DNA of 16,784 nt from Octopus sinensis (taxonomy: Eukaryota). Position numbers and translations under genes: made by a program. Under the pieces are notes generated by a model that ran no database searches, was not told the DNA's origin, and saw only the letters and a program-made list of their open reading frames with translations. The stretch is taken from NCBI RefSeq assembly GCF_006345805.1, contig NW_021825090.1, positions 1-16,784 of the forward strand. Reading direction: 5' to 3'. This document shows, in pieces, positions 9,620-16,784 of the stretch. The first letter of the stretch is position 1, and every line of letters begins with the position of its first letter.

Positions 9620-10710
9620 AACCTTGAAAGTATTGTTTAGAAAAGTTTCAGCAAGAAACGACCGTAGGAACGACTGGATTACGGGAATAGAGATTGAAGA
9701 AATTCAGAGAAATTCAGAGAAATTCAGAGAAACATGATTTTAAAAATGAGCAGAAGGAGAGGGAAACAGCAGAAGCAGAAAACGGTAATGAAGGGGTGAG
9801 AAGAGATGAGGAACAGGAAACGGATGGAAACCACAGAGCTCCGGAGAATAATTGATAAAGTAACTAATGGAGATGATCTAGATGGACAGGTGAGAGGAAG
9901 AAGTGCACAAGACTTGAATGATGAAGAGGAGAACATTTTAGAAATGTTGCGGGGTAAAATGATTGACGGGAACAATGAAGTACCACCAAATGTAAGATAT
10001 GTGGACAGAAAACAGGTGAGGAAAGCCAGAGACAAAGTAAAAGACGTTTTAAGCTTGATTAAAAGAGAAAACATCAGAGAAACAAAGCAGGTAATCATAG
10101 GTGCTGCTAATTAGGCTAGAAGTGGAAAAACTGAAGAAATGAAAAGAAGGAAGCAAACTGGCGGAAGAGAATATGAATGAAGCTGGAAAAGACACGGAAA
10201 AGACTGGGGCAATTGAATAGGATAACGAGAGGAGAGCTCAAGAATAAGGGAGTAATCAGGAAATTGAATGGACAGTACAGGTTTGAAGAAAGGGGAAAAC
10301 AAATAGTACTTGAGGAATTGACACAAAAGATGACGGCATTAAAGGCCAAATTGAAAAGATATGATGTTAGATGCAAGGTTTCAAACAGAATAGATTGTTC
10401 CAATCAAATAGAAAGCATCAGTTTGAGGAAATAGAGGGAGACCAATACCAAGAACTGATTCAAGATGCGGAAGAAAGTAAAGAATTTTGGGGAGACCTGT
10501 GGTACTGGCCGGCGAGTCATAAAGAACGCGTCGAGTGGCTAAGAAAGGTGGAAAGACAATTTGCAATTGTACCAAACCAAAAGGACGTCAGAATTAATCT
10601 ATAAACAGAAGTTTACAACAATAGGAAATTGGAAAGAACCAGGCGTGGATACAAGGCTATTGGCTGAAGATCTTTACACTGTTGCATGAAAGGATTGTTG
10701 CACAACATGC
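9620..10710 (+). mobile_element. Fragment of R4/Dong-like non-LTR retrotransposon ORF (pre-RT region), frameshifted
   Basis: Joined frames: RNDWITGIEIEEIQR...PPNVRYVDRKQVRK...ELTQKMTALKAKLKRYD...KQNRLFQSNRK...DAEESKEFWGDLW...HKERVEWLRK...NWKEPG..QGYWLKIFTLLHERI. These motifs match the region just upstream of the RT in R4/Dong-type LINEs (NWKAPGPDG.QGYWLK). Confidence 0.8.
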
Positions 10711-10743
10711 ATACATATATGCATACATAACATACATACATAC

Positions 10744-10822
<79 letters not shown>

Positions 10823-10840
10823 TGTATATATATATATAAT
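10709..10840. repeat. (CATA)n(TA)n microsatellite
   Basis: Terminates the LINE fragment. Confidence 0.95.
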
Positions 10841-11044
10841 TATAATGAGGGTAACTATTGGGTAACTCCACATGCTAGAAATAGACGAAATGGCTCTAAA
10901 ACTACCTTATTTATCACTTAGATACGGGTTGGGATATTTTGTATTAAAATTTTACCTAAATGGTTTCTCACATGCTAGCTACTTGATAAAATCCTATATG
11001 GATTTTTATCCTTGATTATAATGATAAATATACATATATACTTA

Positions 11045-11054
11045 TACACACACG

Positions 11055-11089
<35 letters not shown>

Positions 11090-11214
11090 CATATTATATA
11101 TTATATCCATACGCACACACACAGACTCGTGTTTCTGAATACAGACCCTCCATTTCACATGTACTATAATAGGAATACATAAATCGAAGGCTGTCGCTTT
11201 TATACACACACACA

Positions 11215-11268
<54 letters not shown>

Positions 11269-11400
11269 CACATAAATGTTCATTCCTTTGATTCGGCCTT
11301 GTAATGTAACTGTTTGGGTATGCGTGTTTGTGTGCTTGTTTATGTGTGTGTGGCGAGTGTGTGTGTGTGTGAGTGTGTGCGCGCGTGTGTGCGTGTGTTT
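11045..11400. repeat. (TA)n, (CA)n and (GT)n tracts
   Basis: TA about 11056-11100, CA about 11203-11262, GT about 11320-11400. Confidence 0.9.
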
Positions 11401-12109
11401 GTCCGCCCGTTCATTCCCCTATATGTTTATTTACACATGCTGTCTGCCTATGAGAGAAGCAATACAGTAACACGAGGCGTTGGTACTAAAAGCTAGAAAT
11501 AAAATAACATCTGAAAAACTTTCTTTTTCCAATTCCTTCCAGTTCTATCTTTCTCCATCCTTCTCCCTCCTCTCTCTCTCTCTTTTTTTCGCTCTCTCCC
11601 TCTCTCTGACTAACCCTGCAAACCGTCTCCAAGAGTCCACACAACTCTTATTTTTTTAATAATCTACAGCGTTGAAAGTATTCTTTTACCAGAACCAAAC
11701 AAAAATAAGCAATATAACTTTATCTTTGTGTATTTTTCCTGTGTATTTTTCTTATCAACGTAATTCTTTGAACGTGGCTTCAGATTCCGATAGGCCTTGT
11801 AAATCTTTTGTCAGTGTGACCTAACTACACCAATAGTCATGTTTTCACATCTAATTTAAGAATTTGTTTCATGTCTCTTCGTATATCGTTCAACTTCAAG
11901 TCAAATATAACTAAAATAATTTATACTTGCCTTGACTTGGATTCTAAGTTCCTCGATGGAGTTTTAGGGATGCCTTTGTGACATTCGGTGTGTCTCGGCC
12001 ATTTCTAGACCCAGTTCTCTGCCGCTTTGACCACTGCCGATTTATTCCAGAAGTGAAAAGCCACACAGACGGAATGAGTGAGGGAAAAAAAACCAAACAG
12101 AATCGACCC

Positions 12110-12258
12110 TATTACAGGACGAGCCCTTTACTTATCTGTCTCTAAAGACCCAAAGATTAAGTTGACATCAGCCGGACTTGAACTCATGGCGCAGAACAAA
12201 GCCTGTTACAACAGAGTAATCTATCCGACGCTCCAACGACTCTGCCGATCGGTCACCT
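12110..12258 (-). mobile_element. Degenerate SINE, same family as 12571-12796
   Basis: aagttgacatcagccggacttgaactc and aacgactctgccgatcggtcacc align to aagtcgacctcggaagaatttgaactc and gattctgccagctcgccacc. Confidence 0.55.
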
Positions 12259-12279
12259 ATGATTTAGGTATGAGGATTG

Positions 12280-12395
12280 TGGGTCGGGCGAATCGTTAGA
12301 CAGAATGGCTTGCGGTATTTATTACGTCCGTTTACGGTGAGAGTTTAGTTTCCACTGAGATCGAAGTCTCGCCGTCCTATGATCGATTAAATACA
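12280..12395 (+). mobile_element. Degenerate SINE, same family, opposite orientation
   Basis: gaatcgttag...gcttgcggtattt...gagagtttagtttccactgagatcga...gatcgattaaata loosely matches the family head-to-core on the + strand. Confidence 0.45.
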
Positions 12396-12407
12396 CATCA
12401 TGAATAA

Positions 12408-12796
12408 ATTAGTATTGGTTTTAAATTTTGGTACATGCCCTGCAAGTTCGGCGGATTACATCGAACCAAGTGCTCGGCTGGTACTTATTTTATCGATCCC
12501 CAGAGGATGGATGTCAAAGTCGACCTCGGAAGAATTTGAACTCAGAACAAAATTCCCGACGTGCTACCGATTCTTATTTCTTTATTGCCCACAAGGGGCT
12601 AAACATAGAGGGGACAAACAAGGACAGACAAAGGAATTGAGTCAATTATATTGACCCCAGTGCGTAACTGGTACTTAATTTATCGACTCCGAAAGGATAA
12701 ATGCCAAAGTCGACTTCCGAAGAATTTGAACTTAGAACTTAAAAGCGGACAAAATTCCACTAAGCATTTGTCCCGATTCTGCCAGCTCGCCACCTT
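12408..12796 (-). mobile_element. Two tandem tRNA-derived SINE units with Deu/Nin-like domain
   Basis: Minus heads with aagttcaaattc / gagttcaaattc B-box-like motifs; shared core cctttcggagtcgataaattaagtaccagt; unit A about 12571-12796 ending aataaagaaataag, unit B about 12408-12570. Confidence 0.85.
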
Positions 12797-13088
12797 TCGT
12801 TAAGTTAATATTAACATATTTAATGCAGTTGGTTCGACAAAATAAATCGATAAAATATTTACCCGATTGAAAATAAGTGGTGGGCTAAGAATTGTTGACT
12901 AAATTTCTCCTTGCCAGTGCCCCATATTTTGTGTTTATTTGTTTTATGAAAGAATCAACCCCACCCCTCTTTCCTCCTCGAGTCCTACAAGAGTAACGAA
13001 GCTAACTTCTCATTGAACAACTTCCAGGTGACATTCTGTAGGAAAGCATTTCGGAACCATGTTGTGATGAGGAAGAAATATTGGTCTG

Positions 13089-13361
13089 GGGGCACTGTGT
13101 GGTAAAAAGCCTGCTTACGAACCACATGGTTCCGGCCTCAGTCCCACTGCGTGGCACCTTGAGTAAATGTCTTTTACTATATCTTCGGGCCGACCAAAGC
13201 TTTGTGAGTGGATTTGGTAGACGGAAATTGAAAGAAACCCGTTTTATGTGTGTGCATTTGTGTGTCTGTGTTTGTCCCCCTAGCCATCGCTTGACAACCG
13301 ATGTTGGTGTGTTTACGTCCCCGTAACTCAGTTCGGCAAAAGAGACTGATAGAATAAGTAC
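13089..13361 (+). mobile_element. SINE, 6578 family, 3'-truncated
   Basis: aaccacatggttccggcctcagtcccactgcgtggcaccttgag...gatagaataagtac. Confidence 0.9.
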
Positions 13362-13616
13362 ATTAGAGACCAATAGGTCACTGTTTTACTCTGTGTTACA
13401 GTTCTAGTTTGGCCTGATGCGTTGTGTGCGTTCTCTGTTTGAATTGTTTCTACAGAATGGCGACTGGCGAGATACTTTGTCACGTGTATCTAACATTGCT
13501 TGTTGTTCTCTGCACAAAGCTAATATCAGGTTAAGAGGTGTTGGGATTTGGGGGGGGGGAGCAAGCAAACATATGAAGCAGATTCGTTATCAAAGCGACT
13601 ACAGTTAGAGACCTAT

Positions 13617-13658
13617 GTAACTCAGTGGTTCGGCAAAAGAGACCGGTAGAATAAGTAG
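13617..13658 (+). mobile_element. Short SINE 3' fragment
   Basis: gtaactcagtggttcggcaaaagagaccggtagaataagtag. Confidence 0.8.
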
Positions 13659-13878
13659 TAGTTTGACGAGTGGTGCGAGAGGATTAGGTGTGACTAAAGG
13701 GCTCTGGCTAGAGACTAATTATTTCCAGAAACACTGACCGCTGCTCTAACGATAAAAATGACCGAGTGAGGGGACAACATGTTTTGGAGGCTGATTGTGG
13801 AGTACTGCTAAGTGACTTCAAGCGAAAATTTTAACTGGATTTAGTTTAAATGTTGCCAACTCTATCACTATGTTTAGA

Positions 13879-14200
13879 GAAGGTGCGTGACTTCGTGGTT
13901 GGAGGTATTTGGCTCACCACCACAAGGTTGCGAGTACGATTCCCAGCGGCGCGTTGCGTCATCGAGTAAACGCTTTATTTCACGTTTCTCCAGGTCACTC
14001 AGCTGGCAAAAGTAAGTTCTGCCTGTATTTCAAAGGGGCCAGTTCTGTTACATCCTGTGTCACACTGAATCTCCCGGGGAACTACTTATGGGTCTGCGTA
14101 ATTGTAGAATACTCAACCAGTTTCATGTTAATTTCGCGAGCAGGCCGTTCCGTTAATTGAATCAACTGGAAAACTCGTCGTCGTAACCGACGGAGTGCCA
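13879..14200 (+). mobile_element. tRNA-derived SINE with CORE/Meta-like middle and 3' body shared with 564-953
   Basis: Degenerate B-box gagtacgattcc; cactcagctggcaaaa; 3' ctgtatttcaaagg...ctcgtcgtcgtaaccgacggagtgcca matches 771-947. Confidence 0.8.
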
Positions 14201-14518
14201 GCTTTTAGGTTTAACAATAAGAACGTCCCGAAGGTAGGAGAAATTGTTTATTGTTCTCTGAGAATCACAGAAAGTTTATCTTCTGGCGAATGTTCAGAAA
14301 ACCTTTGAAGCTGATCCTGACAATACTTGTTCCCGAAGAAAAAAGCGACATCAAATGAATCTACGCAATTCATTAAAAGAGTTGCGTGCATAACATTTAT
14401 GTTTTGTATACAGACAATACAACAGAATACAGTTCTGTATTTAAGAGATGAGGAATTATGTACATTATTTACATTATTTACCATTTGACGGATATTTGTC
14501 CTCATCTTGTTTGTTGTT

Positions 14519-14564
14519 AACACAACGTTTCAGCTGATATACCTTCCAGCCTTCATCAGGTGTC
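14519..14564 (-). ncRNA. Minimal type I hammerhead ribozyme (minus copy)
   Basis: GACAC CUGAUGA A GGCUG-gaagguauau-CAGCU GAAA C G U U^ GUGUU; stem II closes with G-U. Confidence 0.7.
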
Positions 14565-14628
14565 TTGGGGAAATTTCAAACCTGAGTTCTCATTCCTGGG
14601 GTATTTTTCAATGTTGTTGTTGTTGTTG

Positions 14629-14698
<70 letters not shown>

Positions 14699-14828
14699 CA
14701 TAATTATCATTATTATTATTATTATTATTCACGCCACTGCCTGGAATCGAACTCGAATCTTGGGGTTAGTAGCCCGTGGTCCTTAAGAATGCCTTAGGAA
14801 TGAGAACCCTGGTTCGAAATTACCCCCA

Positions 14829-14874
14829 GACACCTGATGAAGGCTGGAGGGTATATCAGCCGAAACGTTGTGTT
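14829..14874 (+). ncRNA. Minimal type I hammerhead ribozyme (plus copy)
   Basis: GACAC CUGAUGA A GGCUG-gagggu auau-CAGCC GAAA C G U U^ GUGUU; intact core, palindromic ACGU stem III, predicted cleavage after 14869. Confidence 0.75.
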
Positions 14875-14997
14875 AACAATAAACAAGATGAGGACAAATA
14901 TCCGTCAAATGTAAATAATACAAATAATGTAAATACAACAGAATGCTACAGTTTGTACTGTTCCTTGTCGCTGTGCAAATAATCAATCTTAAACATA

Positions 14998-15160
14998 GGC
15001 GCATGAGTGGCTTTGGGGTAAGTAGCTTGCTTACCAGACACATGGTTACGGGTTCAGTCCCACTGCTGGGCCTCTTGGGCAAGTGTCTTCTACTATAGCC
15101 TCGGGCGACCAAAGCCTTGTGAGTGGATTTCGTAGACGGAAACTGAAAGAATCTCCTCGT
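14998..15160 (+). mobile_element. SINE, 6578 family, 5' half including tRNA-like head
   Basis: ggcgcatgagtggc...gggttcagtcccactg...cttgggcaagtgtcttctactatagcctcggg...gaaactgaaagaa, then (TA)n. Confidence 0.9.
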
Positions 15161-15440
15161 ATATATATATTATATATATTATATATATTATATAAACAAT
15201 AAGAGATATCATATATATCTAGACCAGTTATCCAAAAGGTTAATAAGATACATGTCCCATAGTGACTGTTAATATACTAGCTTAAAACGTCGTTGCCGGG
15301 TCATAGTGCTAGTGCATGTATATATGTGTATATATATGTGTACATATTACTGTATATCTAATATATACATCTACACATAAAATACAAACTACAAAGTTAT
15401 ATCTTGATATCGCTAGTGATAACAATACTCAAAATATATA

Positions 15441-16310
15441 CTAGAGTGGAATTGTTAGCCCGTGTCTTGTAATTTCGATCAATTGTATCTTGTCCTCCCT
15501 CTTGTATAGAAGTGTGGCTACAATCCAGCCTACCTCTACTTGGGGGGGGGGGGTATTTAAAATTTTTTTCCGGGATGTCCTACGTCCCAGATATAAAGGT
15601 AAAAATAAAATATTTCCACTTTGCAAGTTCGAGTCGAGTATTCCCTTGCTCGCTCCGTTCACTCGAACCTTGCTTCTATTGTGGCGAATTTACCGCTTCT
15701 GATTTGATACCTTTCATAGTCGCACCCAGACACTTTTCGAAGGTGATTTCCTCCAGGTGTTCAAATCTTCGTTTTTCTCTACATTGTATACTTTATAGAC
15801 AATAGTCTTTTATTTAATTTAATTTTTTATTATCCATCTGGTCTATTCCATTTCTGCATGCTAATTTTATTTTTTATTTTTTCCCATTCATGTGAAACCA
15901 CTTATTCAAGTTCAAGTCATTGTTGCAATTTTACACCAATTGCTATTTTTACATTTGTTATGCTACGATTATATTATACTTTAGTTTGATTTTAATTATT
16001 ACTTACTACATATAATTCAATTGTTATTATTATTGTTATTGTTAAAGTGAAAGTATCTGACATAAAATAGAGAAACGTTTTTGTTTCACTTTTAACACGT
16101 AATACTGAAATAGTGGAGAAGATATGATATTGCTATGGGCTCGCTCTAGGCAAGAAGTTGAACATTTTTTTTGCCCATGAAACTACATGGACCCTAAGTA
16201 AGGCATGTGTAAAATTTGAATGGAATTGGTTGTGTAGTTCTCAAGTTTTAGGGAAACACACAGACACACACACACACAGACAGACATTCTCAGTTTTATA
16301 TATATAAAGA
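15441..16310 (-). mobile_element. Probable non-autonomous Helitron
   Basis: Minus strand begins A|TCTTTATATATATAAAA then a (GTCT/GT)n block and aaccaattccattcaaattttacac, typical of insect-type non-autonomous Helitron 5' ends; candidate 3' CTAG|T at 15444-15440; no TSD or TIR; subterminal hairpin only partial. Confidence 0.55.
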
Positions 16311-16311
16311 T

Positions 16312-16585
16312 AAAGATATATATATGTATGCATGTATTATGTGTGTATGTGTGTATGTGTGTGCTTGTGTGTGTGTTTGAATCTGTGTTTGTTCCCCCAA
16401 CATCGCTTGACATCCGATGCTGGTGTACTCACTATTCACGCCCCCGTAACTTAGAGGTTTGGCAAAAAGAGACCGATAGAATAAGTACTGGGATTACAAA
16501 GAATAAGTCCTAGGATCGATTTGCTCGACTAAAGGCGGTGCTCCAGCATGGCCACAGTCAAATGATTGAAACAAGCAAAAGAATA
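16312..16585 (+). mobile_element. SINE, 6578 family, 3' half
   Basis: (TA)(GT) tract then ctgtgtttgttccccc...gagaccgatagaataagtactggg...ggcggtgctccagcatggccacagtcaaatgattgaaacaagcaaaagaata. Confidence 0.9.
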
Positions 16586-16784
16586 CCATATTTTTTTCTC
16601 ATTTAGACTTTCGTAACAGCTAGGTTCCTTTCCATCCCTGTTAGTTCAAATGCTTTGAATTTATGTCATTTTACCTGAGGTACAATGAGTTGTTATGTAG
16701 AAACATTATTCATACATATAACAACCACGTGAGCACTGTATGCAAATTAGTTTCGCCGTGGCCGCTAAGTCCTCCTCATTGCGT

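Larger units (their letters stand above)
14429..14931. mobile_element. Hammerhead-bearing inverted retroelement with tRNA-like head and 13-bp TSD
   Basis: Inverted arms about 14460-14603 / 14790-14931; (TTG)(TTA)n 14612-14729; minus-strand tRNA-like head 14730-14786 with B-box gagttcgattcc (14743-14754); aatacaacagaat repeated at 14416-14428 and 14932-14944. Confidence 0.8.

Noticed and set aside
11700-12060. Possible decayed coding sequence on the minus strand
   Set aside because: Manual translation gave multiple stops and no recognisable RT or GIY-YIG motif.
16740-16747. Octamer ATGCAAAT with a nearby CACGTG
   Set aside because: Short motifs expected by chance; no promoter or snRNA context visible before the window ends.
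1-16784. CRISPR array or prokaryotic operon
   Set aside because: No regularly spaced repeat-spacer units and no gene-dense coding; the sequence is eukaryotic repeat-rich DNA.

Overview
AT-rich, repeat-dense eukaryotic non-coding DNA. The repeat families resemble those I know from octopus (coleoid cephalopod) genomes, which is an inference from recognition and not a database result. No intact host gene is supported; nearly all listed ORFs are microsatellite artefacts or transposon debris. Contents: several tRNA-derived SINE families, a decayed Tc1/mariner transposase, the 3' end of an RTE-type LINE, a pre-RT fragment of an R4/Dong-like LINE, a probable non-autonomous Helitron and many microsatellites. 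The most notable signal is three sequence-unrelated elements (about 1470-1783, 3174-3530 and 14429-14931). Each carries a minimal type I hammerhead-ribozyme-like fold with a palindromic stem III, and each is a divergent inverted pair with ribozyme-sense 3' ends pointing outward, as in Penelope-like terminal repeats. One has a compensatory G3-C8 core swap. Another is fused to a tRNA-like Pol III head and flanked by a 13-bp target-site duplication.
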